Assembly: GCA_034667725.1 (NCBI GenBank)
Contig: JAXDQS010000005.1
Span: 127,228-191,227 of the forward strand
DNA: 64,000 nt
Source: Thermoplasmata archaeon
GTDB taxonomy: Archaea; Thermoplasmatota; E2; JACPAO01; JAHFTW01
Reading direction: 5' to 3'
Both the position numbers and the translations under genes were made by a program. Positions within the stretch are counted from its first letter, which is position 1. Every line of letters begins with the position of its first letter. A model generated the notes under the pieces. It saw nothing but the letters and a program-made list of their open reading frames with translations, was not told where the DNA came from and ran no database searches. Below, one piece after another: positions 55,320 through 64,000 of the stretch.

Positions 55320-56300
55320 ATGCGCGTGGTGGCGGGGGTGCTGGCGACCTTGGTGCTGGCCGGCTGCGCGTCGTTGGCCCCGCCGCCGGGCTTGTCTGCC
55401 TCCCCTGCGGTGCCTGCCGACCTGGAGCCCTACCTTGCCTGCACGTGGCCGGCCGAAGGGCTTCGGGGCTCGTGCGGGCCGTTCACCCCCACCCAAGAGC
55501 TCGTCCCTGTCGAAGCCCCGACGCCGCCGGGGGACTGGCGCTGCTACGCGCTCGGCAAGATGCCGGACTGGCCAGAATGGATGCTCATGGGCCGGCTGGA
55601 GGCTGGCGACGGGCTGGTGGCGCCGCAGATCCGGTTGGGTTTGTGGTACAACCTCACGGCCTACGCGGGCGGGCCACTGGAGGGGCACTTCGTCCGCTGG
55701 ACGGCGCCGGAGGTCGTCCTCGACCACTGGACGACGGCGGGGCCCAAGGGGTTCGTCGCGTTCCCGCAGCCGGTGGGGGAAGACGTGTTCCATTACGAGG
55801 TCTCGCTGTCGCCCGCCAACGTCCAGCCGGAGCCGGCGCCGTTCGAATGGTCGCGGGCGCCGGAGGAAGGCGGCGACTGGCTCGAATGGAAGAACGCCTC
55901 GGCCCGCGTCCACGCCGACGGGCTGGGCGGCGCCGGCGGCCTGCGCGTCGACTGGACGGTGCTGCCGGGCGCGGGCGACGACGCGCCGCGGCTATGGCCG
56001 ACCTTCGCGTGGCAGGCGGCGGCCGGCGAGCTGCACGTGCCGACGACGGCGCACGGCTGGCCTGGCTTCTCGTTCGGCGGCACCGGCGGCGCGGGGCATG
56101 GCTACGCCTACCTCGGCGAGGTCTACAAGGCCCGGTTGGTCGGCGAGGGCCATCTGTTCCAGGCGGAGCTGCGGCAGGCGGCGGGCATCGGCGGCGCGGC
56201 GGAGACCTGGAGGCTGGCGGAGTCCGACCAGCTCTGCCGCTGCTTCCAGGAGCCGTTGGCGTCGGTGGAGCGCGCCAAGTGCACGCTGGGCGTCGAGTGA
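55320..56300 (+). CDS. Hypothetical lipoprotein
   Basis: MRVVAGVLATLVLAGC lipobox; Trp-rich, several Cys. Confidence 0.65.
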   Translation: MRVVAGVLATLVLAGCASLAPPPGLSASPAVPADLEPYLACTWPAEGLRGSCGPFTPTQELVPVEAPTPPGDWRCYALGKMPDWPEWMLMGRLEAGDGLVAPQIRLGLWYNLTAYAGGPLEGHFVRWTAPEVVLDHWTTAGPKGFVAFPQPVGEDVFHYEVSLSPANVQPEPAPFEWSRAPEEGGDWLEWKNASARVHADGLGGAGGLRVDWTVLPGAGDDAPRLWPTFAWQAAAGELHVPTTAHGWPGFSFGGTGGAGHGYAYLGEVYKARLVGEGHLFQAELRQAAGIGGAAETWRLAESDQLCRCFQEPLASVERAKCTLGVE

Positions 56301-56374
56301 AGGGTCCACCCGCTCGTTCGCAACCTTCAAGCCCCCTCACCCATTCGCTCCCTGTTTCGCCGGGGGCTCAATGC

Positions 56375-56381
56375 TTTAATA
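56375..56381 (+). promoter_or_regulatory. Putative TATA box of the RNA polymerase operon
   Basis: TTTAATA in a GC-rich intergenic region upstream of rpoH. Confidence 0.5.
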
Positions 56382-56500
56382 CCCCCCCCGCGTCGCGCGA
56401 ACCCGCAGCGCCGGATTCCTCCAGGCCGAGCCATCGGTCCAGGAGGAGCGAGGAGATGCCGAAAGGCGGAGTCTCGATGTCCAAAGTGCAGGGTGAAACT

Positions 56501-56767
56501 GTGAGCGACGAGGTCCAGCAGAGCGCCAGCCGGTTCAATGTCCTGAACCACTTGAACGTGCCCTTGCACGAGGTGCTCCCGGAGGCCGACGCCAAGGCGC
56601 TCCTGAAGCAGTACGGCATCGTCAAGGAGCAGCTTCCCAAGATGCGCTCCAACGACCCGGCGGCCCGCGTGATCAACGCGAAGGCCGGGGAGATCGTCAA
56701 GATTACGCGCCGCAGCCCCACCGCCGGGGTCGCCGTCGCCTTCCGCCTCGTCGTCGAGGCCATTTAG
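56501..56767 (+). CDS. rpoH: RNA polymerase subunit H (Rpo5); alternative start at 56477
   Basis: H..VP.HEVL, QLPK...DP, GEIVKITRRSPTAG; SD-like GGTGA before GTG 56501. Confidence 0.95.
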   Translation: MSDEVQQSASRFNVLNHLNVPLHEVLPEADAKALLKQYGIVKEQLPKMRSNDPAARVINAKAGEIVKITRRSPTAGVAVAFRLVVEAI

Positions 56768-56779
56768 GAGTGTCCTGTC

Positions 56780-59700
56780 ATGCGCGAACTTGTTGATGCC
56801 TTCTACGCGGAACGCTCCATCGTCAACCACCACATTGCGTCGTTCAACGATTTCCTGGCGCACCGGCTCCAGCACGTCATCGACAACATCCGGATCGGCG
56901 ACGAGGAGACGTCCGAGCGCGGCGTGGTCCAGACCGACATCGAGGGCTTCTTCATCAAGCTCGGCAAGGTCCAGGTCGGCCGCCCGGTGGTCAAGGAGGC
57001 TGACGGCTCGCTGCGGCCCCTCACCCCGATGGAGTCCCGCCTCCGCAACCTCACCTACCAGGCGCCCCTGACCCTGGAGTTCATCCGCGTCATCGACGGC
57101 ATCGAGCACGAGCCCGAGCTGGTCAACATCGGCCGCCTGCCGATCATGGCCCACTCCAGCCACTGCAACATCACCCGCAAGGCGCTGGAGGAGGCCGAGG
57201 GCCGCTCCATGTCGGACGAGGAGTTCAAGGCGAAGCTCGTCGAGATGCAGGAGGATCCCCTCGACCCCGGCGGCTACTTCATCTCCAACGGCACCGAGCG
57301 CGTGCTGATCACCCTCGAGGACCTGGCGCCCAACCGCGTGCTGGTCGAGAAGGCCACCCGCTACGGCACCGACGTCGAGATCGCCAAGGTGTTCTCGCAG
57401 CACGAGGGCTACCGCGCCCTGGTCGTGGTCGAGCGCAAGAAGGACGGCGACCTGATGGTCACCGTGCCCTCGGCCTCCGGCCAGATCCCGCTCGTGGTGC
57501 TGCTGCGCGCCCTCGGCATGGAGTCGGACGAGGAGATCGTCCACGCCATCATGACGGACAAGAAGGAGCAGGGCGCGATGGAGCCCCTCATCTTCGGCAA
57601 CATCGAGTCCGCGGCGGAGGAGTACGGCGTCACCACCCGCGAGGACGCCATCGCCTACCTCGGCAAGCGCCTTGCCGGCGGCCAAGCCAAGGAGTACCGT
57701 GTCAAGCGCGTCGAGGCGCTGATGGACCGCAACCTGCTGCCCCACCTCGGCCAGGAGCCCGAGGACCGCATCACGAAGGCCATCTTCCTCGCCCGCATGG
57801 GCTCCGCCGTCTTCGAGCTGTTCCTGGGCCTCCGCGAGGAGGACGACAAGGACCACTACGCCAACAAGCGCCTCAAGCTCGCCGGCGACCTGATGGAGGA
57901 CCTGTTCCGCGTCGCCTTCATGGCGCTCTGCAAGGACCTCAAGTACCAGCTCGAGCGCGCCCACGCCCGCAACCGCGACGTCAAGATCCAGACCGCGGTG
58001 CGCGCCGACGTGCTGACGCAACGCCTGCTGCACAGCCTGGCGACGGGCAACTGGGTGTCCGGCCGCGCCGGCGTGTCCCAGCTCTTGGACCGCACCTCCA
58101 ACCTGGCCGCGTTGTCGCACATGCGCCGCGTCACCAGCCCCCTCACCCGCAGCCAGCCCCACTTCGAGGCCCGTGACCTGCACTCGACCCAGTGGGGCCG
58201 CCTCTGCCCGAACGAGACGCCGGAAGGCCCCAACTGCGGCCTTGTCAAGAACCTCAGCCTGTGCGTCGAGATCTCCGAGGGCTTCCCCGAGCGCGAGGTC
58301 GAACGCGTGCTGCGCGACTTCGGCCTGCGCCCGGTCGAGCGCGACTCCCAGGACGGCCAGGTGTTCCTCAACGGCGACCTCGTCGGCCTGCACCCGGACA
58401 CCATCGACCTGGTCCGCCGCATCAAGGAGCGCCGCCGCGCCGGCCTCCTCTCCAACGAGGTCAACGTCTACCACGACCAGGACACCAACGCGGTGTTCCT
58501 CAACTGCGACGCCGGCCGCGTCCGCCGCCCGCTTCTGGTCGCCGAGGGCGGCAAGCTGCGCTACACCAAGGAGTTCACCAAGGACCTCAAGGAGAAGCGC
58601 GTCCGCTGGTCCGACCTGATCAACGAGGGCATCATCGAGTACATCGACGCCGAGGAGGAGGAGAACCTCTACATCGCGCTCGAGCCCGAGAAGCTCGGCC
58701 GCGAGCACACCCACTGCGAGATCGACCCCATGATCATCCTGGGCATCGGCTCCAGCCTCGTGCCGTACCCCGAGCACAACTCGTCGCCCCGCATCACGAT
58801 GGGCGCCGGCATGGGCAAGCAGTCGCTGGGCTTCGGCGACGCGAACTACCGCATCCGCCCCGACACCCGCGGCCACCTGCTGCACGCGCCGCAGGCCCCG
58901 CTGGTGCAGACCCACCCGGGCAACTACCTGCACTTCAACGAGCGCCCCGCCGGCCAGAACTTCGTCGTCGCGGTGATGAGCTTCCACGGCTACAACATGG
59001 AAGACGCCATCGTCATGTCGAAGGCCTCCATCGAGCGTGGCCTGGGCCGCAGCACCTTCTTCCGCACTTACTCGACGGAGGAGCGCCGCTACCCCGGTGG
59101 CCAGGAGGACCGCTTCGAGCGCCCCGACCCCGAGTGCCGCGGCGTCCGCCCCGAGGAGATGTACGCCTACATCGAGGACGACGGCCTCATCTCCCCCGAG
59201 CGCAGCGTCAACGGCGGCGACGTCCTGATCGGCAAGACCTCCCCGCCCCGTTTCCTGGAGGAGCCGACGGATTTCCTGACGCCCCAGAAGCGCCGCGAGA
59301 CCTCGGTCACCGTCCGCCACGGCGAGATGGGCTGGGTCGACACCGTCATGCTCACCGAGTCGGTCAACGGCTCGCGCATGGTCAAGATCAAGGTCCGCGA
59401 CCAGCGCATCCCCGAGCTCGGCGACAAGTTCGCCTCCAAGCACGGCCAGAAGGGCGTCCTTGGGCTCATGGTGCCGCAGGAGGGCATGCCGTTCGACGAG
59501 GACGGCATGACGCCGGACATCGTCGTCAACCCGCACGCCATCCCGTCGCGCATGACGGTGGCGCACGTGCTGGAGATGATCGGCGGCCTCGTCGGCAGCG
59601 CCGAGGGCCGCTTCATCGACGGCACCGCCTTCTCGGGCGAGCCCGAGGAGTCGCTGCGCACCGCGCTGTTGCAGAACGGCTTCAAGCACAACGGCCGCCG

Positions 59701-60154
59701 CCGCCTGCACGACGGCCAGACCGGCCGCATGTTCGAGGTCGACATCTTCGTCGGCTGCATCTACTACCAGAAGCTGCACCACATGGTGGCCGGCAAGATC
59801 CACGCCCGCAGCCGCGGCCCCGTGCAGATCCTGACCCGCCAGCCCACGGAAGGCCGCGCCCGCGACGGTGGCCTGCGCTTCGGTGAGATGGAGCGCGACG
59901 CCTTGATCGGCCACGGCGTCTCCATGGTCATCAAGGACCGCCTCCTGGACGAGTCGGACCTCACGACCCAGTACGTCTGCGACCGCTGCGGCCACGTCGC
60001 CATGCTCGACCGCCGCGGCTTCTACCGCTGCACCGTGTGCGGCGACGAGGCCGACATCCACCCCGTCGAGATGTCGTACGCGTTCAAGCTGCTGATGGAG
60101 GAGCTCAAGTCGCTCATCATCGCCCCGCGCATGCGCCTGGAGGCGCTCGTCTAG
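56780..60154 (+). CDS. rpoB: RNA polymerase subunit B (Rpo2, unsplit)
   Basis: [43 protein letters not shown]-terminal zinc finger. Confidence 0.98.
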   Translation: MRELVDAFYAERSIVNHHIASFNDFLAHRLQHVIDNIRIGDEETSERGVVQTDIEGFFIKLGKVQVGRPVVKEADGSLRPLTPMESRLRNLTYQAPLTLEFIRVIDGIEHEPELVNIGRLPIMAHSSHCNITRKALEEAEGRSMSDEEFKAKLVEMQEDPLDPGGYFISNGTERVLITLEDLAPNRVLVEKATRYGTDVEIAKVFSQHEGYRALVVVERKKDGDLMVTVPSASGQIPLVVLLRALGMESDEEIVHAIMTDKKEQGAMEPLIFGNIESAAEEYGVTTREDAIAYLGKRLAGGQAKEYRVKRVEALMDRNLLPHLGQEPEDRITKAIFLARMGSAVFELFLGLREEDDKDHYANKRLKLAGDLMEDLFRVAFMALCKDLKYQLERAHARNRDVKIQTAVRADVLTQRLLHSLATGNWVSGRAGVSQLLDRTSNLAALSHMRRVTSPLTRSQPHFEARDLHSTQWGRLCPNETPEGPNCGLVKNLSLCVEISEGFPEREVERVLRDFGLRPVERDSQDGQVFLNGDLVGLHPDTIDLVRRIKERRRAGLLSNEVNVYHDQDTNAVFLNCDAGRVRRPLLVAEGGKLRYTKEFTKDLKEKRVRWSDLINEGIIEYIDAEEEENLYIALEPEKLGREHTHCEIDPMIILGIGSSLVPYPEHNSSPRITMGAGMGKQSLGFGDANYRIRPDTRGHLLHAPQAPLVQTHPGNYLHFNERPAGQNFVVAVMSFHGYNMEDAIVMSKASIERGLGRSTFFRTYSTEERRYPGGQEDRFERPDPECRGVRPEEMYAYIEDDGLISPERSVNGGDVLIGKTSPPRFLEEPTDFLTPQKRRETSVTVRHGEMGWVDTVMLTESVNGSRMVKIKVRDQRIPELGDKFASKHGQKGVLGLMVPQEGMPFDEDGMTPDIVVNPHAIPSRMTVAHVLEMIGGLVGSAEGRFIDGTAFSGEPEESLRTALLQNGFKHNGRRRLHDGQTGRMFEVDIFVGCIYYQKLHHMVAGKIHARSRGPVQILTRQPTEGRARDGGLRFGEMERDALIGHGVSMVIKDRLLDESDLTTQYVCDRCGHVAMLDRRGFYRCTVCGDEADIHPVEMSYAFKLLMEELKSLIIAPRMRLEALV

Positions 60155-60166
60155 GAGGACTTTCCC

Positions 60167-62878
60167 ATGGTTGCCCCCGTTCCCACCCAGCGTCTTACAA
60201 ACCAGCCGAAGAAGATCGGCCACATGGAGTTCGGCCTGCTGTCGCCGAAGGAGGTCCGCGGCCTGTCGGCCACGAAGGTCATCACCGCGGACACCTACGA
60301 CGACGACGGCTTCCCGATCGAGATGGGCCTCATGGACCCCCGCCTGGGCGTCATCGAGCCCGGCCTGCGCTGCAAGACCTGCGGCCAGAAGGTCGGCGAG
60401 TGCCCCGGCCACTTCGGCCACATCGACCTCGCGATGCCGGTCATCCACGTCGGCTTCGTCCGCGTGGTGCGCGACATCCTGCGCGCCTCGTGCCGCGGCT
60501 GCGGCAAGCTGCTGTTCAGCGAGCGCCTGCGCCAGGACTTCGACAAGGACCTGAAGACCTACATCCAGGAGGAGAAGGACACCCAGATCCTCGCCAAGCG
60601 CGTCGCCAAGGAGGCGTCGAACGTGACCGTGTGCCCGCACTGCGGCCGCGAGCACGGCACCATCGACGTCGACAAGCCCACGACGTTCCGCGAGAACGGC
60701 CACAAGATGACCCCGTCGGAGGTCCGCGAGTGGCTCGAGAAAGTCCCCAACGAGGACCTGCCGCTTTTGGGCCTCAACCCCCAGGTGTGCCGCCCCGAGT
60801 GGATGGTCCTCACCGTCCTGCCGGTGCCCCCGGTCACCATGCGCCCCTCCATCACCCTGGAGTCGGGCGAGCGCTCCGAGGACGACCTGACCCACAAGCT
60901 CGTGGACGTCATCCGCATCAACCAGCGCCTGCAAGAGAACCGCGACGCCGGCGCGCCGCAACTGATCGTCGAGGACCTGTGGGAGCTGCTGCAGTACCAC
61001 ATCACGACGTACTTCGACAACCAGACCGCCGGCATCCCGCCCGCGCGCCACCGCTCCGGCCGCCCCCTCAAGACCATCAGCCAGCGCTTGAAGGGCAAGG
61101 AAGGCCGCTTCCGCTCGAACCTGTCGGGCAAGCGCGTCAACTTCTCGGCCCGCACCGTCATCTCGCCGGACCCCAACCTCTCGATCAACGAGGTCGGCGT
61201 CCCCATCGAGTGCGCCCAGGAGCTCACGGTCCCCGTGCGCGTCACGCCGTCGAACTTCCAGTACTGCATGGACCTGATCCTGCGCGGCCCTGAGCCGAAG
61301 TTCAACGCCGGCAAGTACGTGCCCGGCGTCAACTACGTCATCCGCCCCGACGCCCGCCGCGTCAAGGTCACCGACAAGAACGCCGACGAGGTCGCCAAGC
61401 GCCTCGAGGTCGGCTCCATCGTCGAGCGCCAGCTGGACGACGGCGACGTCGTGCTGTTCAACCGGCAGCCCACGCTGCACCGCATGTCGATGATGGCGCA
61501 CACGGTGCGCGTCATGCCCGGCAAGACGTTCCGGTTCAACCTGCCGTGCTGCCCGCCCTACAACGCGGACTTCGACGGCGACGAGATGAACCTCCACGTC
61601 ATCCAGGGCGAGGAGGCCCGCGCCGAGGCCGAGATCCTGATGAAGGTGCAGGAGAACATCCGCTCCCCGCGCTTCGGCGGCCCCATCATCGGCGCCATCC
61701 ACGACCACATCTCGGGCAACTTCCTGCTGACCTGGAAGAACCCCAAGCTGCCGCTCGAGGACGCCACCCAGGTGCTGTCGCGCATCGGCTTCAAAGGCCA
61801 GTCGCCGCCCATCCACGAGGAGAAGGACGCCAAGGGCGAGACCCGCCGCTTCGTCTACGGCCGCGACCTGTTCAGCACCCTGCTCCCCCCTGGCATCAAC
61901 CTTGCCTACTCGTCGGCGGCCCGCCCGTCCGGCCAGAGCAAGGAGGACGCCAAGAAGCCGGAGAACGACTTCTGGGTCGAGATCGTCGACTCGAAGCTCC
62001 TCTGCGGCGGCATCGACAAGGCGTCCATCAGCTCGGAGAAGGGCAAGCTCTTGGACCACATCAGCCGCCGCTACGGCAACAACGAGGCCCGCCGCTTCCT
62101 GGACAAAGTGACCAAGGTCGGCAACGGCTTCCTGACGCTGCGCGGCTTCTCGACCTCCATCGAGGACGAGGACCTGCCCGCCGACGCCCGCGCCGAGATC
62201 GAGGACAAGATCAAGCAGACCAAGGAGCGCGTCGACGCGCTGCTGAAGCAGTTCAAGAAGGGCGAGCTGCAGAGCCTGCCCGGCCGCACCCTCGAGGAGA
62301 CCCTCGAGATGGAGATCATGCGCGAGACCGGCCAGGCCCGTGACGCCGCCGGTGAAACGGCTTCCCGCTCGCTCGGCATGGACAACTCCGCTGTGCTGAT
62401 GGCGCGCTGCGGCGCCCGTGGCTCGATGCTCAACCTGTCGCAGATGGCCGGCCTCGTCGGCCAGCAGGCCGTCCGCGGCAAGCGCATCCACCGCGGCTAC
62501 CAGAAGCGCACCCTGCCCCACTTCAAGTGGGGCGACCTCGGCGCCGAGGCCAAGGGCTTCGTGGGCGCCTCGTACAAGTCCGGCCTCTCGCCGACGGAGT
62601 ACTTCTTCCACTCGATGGGTGGTCGCGAAGGCCTCGTCGACACGGCCGTCCGCACGAGCCGCTCCGGCTACATGCAGCGCCGCCTGATCAACGCCCTGGA
62701 GGACCTCAAGGTCGCCCAGGACGGCACCGTGCGCAACACCGCCGGCACCGTCATCCAGTTCGTCTACGGTGAGGACGGCGTCGACCCGACGCGCTCCACC
62801 GGCGGCGACCCGGTCGACTTCGAGCAGATCTTCGCGGAAGTCTCGCGCAATGCCAAGGCCAAGAAGGGAGGCAACTGA
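60167..62878 (+). CDS. rpoA1: RNA polymerase subunit A' (Rpo1N)
   Basis: [30 protein letters not shown]. Confidence 0.98.
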   Translation: MVAPVPTQRLTNQPKKIGHMEFGLLSPKEVRGLSATKVITADTYDDDGFPIEMGLMDPRLGVIEPGLRCKTCGQKVGECPGHFGHIDLAMPVIHVGFVRVVRDILRASCRGCGKLLFSERLRQDFDKDLKTYIQEEKDTQILAKRVAKEASNVTVCPHCGREHGTIDVDKPTTFRENGHKMTPSEVREWLEKVPNEDLPLLGLNPQVCRPEWMVLTVLPVPPVTMRPSITLESGERSEDDLTHKLVDVIRINQRLQENRDAGAPQLIVEDLWELLQYHITTYFDNQTAGIPPARHRSGRPLKTISQRLKGKEGRFRSNLSGKRVNFSARTVISPDPNLSINEVGVPIECAQELTVPVRVTPSNFQYCMDLILRGPEPKFNAGKYVPGVNYVIRPDARRVKVTDKNADEVAKRLEVGSIVERQLDDGDVVLFNRQPTLHRMSMMAHTVRVMPGKTFRFNLPCCPPYNADFDGDEMNLHVIQGEEARAEAEILMKVQENIRSPRFGGPIIGAIHDHISGNFLLTWKNPKLPLEDATQVLSRIGFKGQSPPIHEEKDAKGETRRFVYGRDLFSTLLPPGINLAYSSAARPSGQSKEDAKKPENDFWVEIVDSKLLCGGIDKASISSEKGKLLDHISRRYGNNEARRFLDKVTKVGNGFLTLRGFSTSIEDEDLPADARAEIEDKIKQTKERVDALLKQFKKGELQSLPGRTLEETLEMEIMRETGQARDAAGETASRSLGMDNSAVLMARCGARGSMLNLSQMAGLVGQQAVRGKRIHRGYQKRTLPHFKWGDLGAEAKGFVGASYKSGLSPTEYFFHSMGGREGLVDTAVRTSRSGYMQRRLINALEDLKVAQDGTVRNTAGTVIQFVYGEDGVDPTRSTGGDPVDFEQIFAEVSRNAKAKKGGN

Positions 62879-62879
62879 G

Positions 62880-64000
62880 ATGGCGAACGCCCAGACCATC
62901 AAGTCGTTCCAGAAGACCTACGCCTTCGACCTCGACACGGCCACCCGCCTGGCGGAGGCCTTCACGGTCACCAAGGCGAAGGCCGCGACGAAGAAGGAGT
63001 TCATGGACGCCGGCTTCACCGGCAACGAGGTCGAGCAGATCCTGCTCAAGCTTGGCAAGGCGAAGCGCGAGGCCATGGCCCGCCGCTCGACGCGCACCCG
63101 CGTCGAGGACGAGCGCGCCTACGAGGGCTACGTCGAGCGCGCGGAGACGCGTGACGCCGACCTCCTGAAGAAGGACAAGGTCCTGATCAAGCACTGCGAG
63201 GAGCAGGGCACCGTGCTGCCCCAGTCCATCATCCGCCGCCTGGTGGATGGCGGCCTGGACCGCGGCTTCTCGGACGCCCAGCTCAAGGTCTGCGCCGACC
63301 TGGCCATCGCCGAGTACAACAAGGCGCGCGTCGACCCGACGGAGGCCGCCGGCATCGTCGGCGCCCAGTCGATCGGCGAGCCGGGCACGCAGATGACCAT
63401 GCGCACGTTCCACTTCGCCGGTGTGGCGGAGATCAACGTCACGCTCGGCCTGCCCCGCCTCATCGAGATCGTCGACGCCCGGCGCACGCCGAGCACGCCG
63501 ACGATGACGATCTACCTGCGCGAGGACGTCAAGGGCGACCGCAAGGCGGCCAGCCGCATCGCCAACCAGATCGAGACCACGACCCTGAAGGACATCGCCG
63601 CCGTCGAATCCGACCTCGGCACCCTCGGCATCAAGGTCATCCCCGACGCGCAGAAGATGGCCGAGAAGGACATCACGCTCGAGGACGTCGGCAACGCGGT
63701 CGGCGCCGTGCGCCGCATCACGACCAAGACCGTCGACGGGGACAAGAAGAAGGGCTCGCACATCGAGGTCACCCTCGCCGAGGCCAACTTCAAGAACCTG
63801 CAGAAGGCGGTCGACGACCTGAAGAAGGTCAAGGTCAAGGGCATCGACGGCATCACCCGCCTCGTCGTCTCGCGCGACGAGAAGGAGGGCGGCTACATCC
63901 TCTAAACCGAGGGCTCGAACCTGAAGGAGGTCCTGGAGATCGACGGCGTGCTGCACAGCCGCGTCAAGACCAACGACATCCTGCAGATCCAGGACGAGCT
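62880..64000 (+). CDS. rpoA2: RNA polymerase subunit A'' (Rpo1C) with N-terminal extension; in-frame TAA at 63903-63905; runs off the window edge
   Basis: [24 protein letters not shown]; homology continues after the TAA ([10 protein letters not shown]...TNDI). Confidence 0.93.

Noticed and set aside
56327-62902. 2191-aa minus-strand ORF and other long antisense or alternative-frame ORFs (e.g. 8858-12001, 30320-33406, 37328-39736)
   Set aside because: Shadow ORFs of high-GC3 genes; they overlap clearly identified genes and have no motifs.
62880-63300. N-terminal extension of RpoA2 as a novelty
   Set aside because: Extended A'' subunits are, to my knowledge, usual in Thermoplasmatota; treated as a taxonomic hint only.
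63903-63905. Genome-wide TAA reassignment
   Set aside because: TAA terminates other genes normally (DEAD-box helicase at 34880, 40396, 44608, 50087); it is a single instance.

Overview
High-GC archaeal chromosomal segment, most consistent with Thermoplasmatota. Supporting markers are the rpoH-rpoB(unsplit)-rpoA1-rpoA2 operon, Spt5, SecE/Sec61-gamma, aEF-1beta, FtsY, thiolase+DUF35 and an HVO_0476-type zinc finger. It is mostly housekeeping and transport genes, two tRNAs (Arg-CCT, Lys-TTT) and many orphan secreted or membrane proteins. No integrase, transposase, cas gene or CRISPR array was recognised. Main unexplained signals: (1) a GxxExxY (PD-(D/E)XK-like) gene abutting a tandem array of palindromic repeats with core TCTGTGGAATCTGTG, which recurs as nuclease-free arrays at ~28.3-28.6 kb and ~40.7-40.85 kb, a REP/RAYT-like arrangement; the last two arrays are inverted, and flipping the 12 kb between them would restore the usual archaeal secE-spt5 adjacency. 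(2) A tandemly duplicated module of a secreted 4-Cys protein plus an ectodomain-TM-TPR protein, followed by a wHTH regulator. (3) Two tandem membrane paralogues with a conserved cytoplasmic G/N/S-rich amyloid-like motif. (4) A small secreted Cys-rich 'CVFET' peptide family. (5) A second dispersed structured element with stem covariation. (6) 3'-end duplications of both tRNAs around ~75-100 bp inserts. An in-frame TAA in rpoA2 and a few apparent frameshifts suggest some sequence errors. All family calls come from motif recognition by eye, not database searches.
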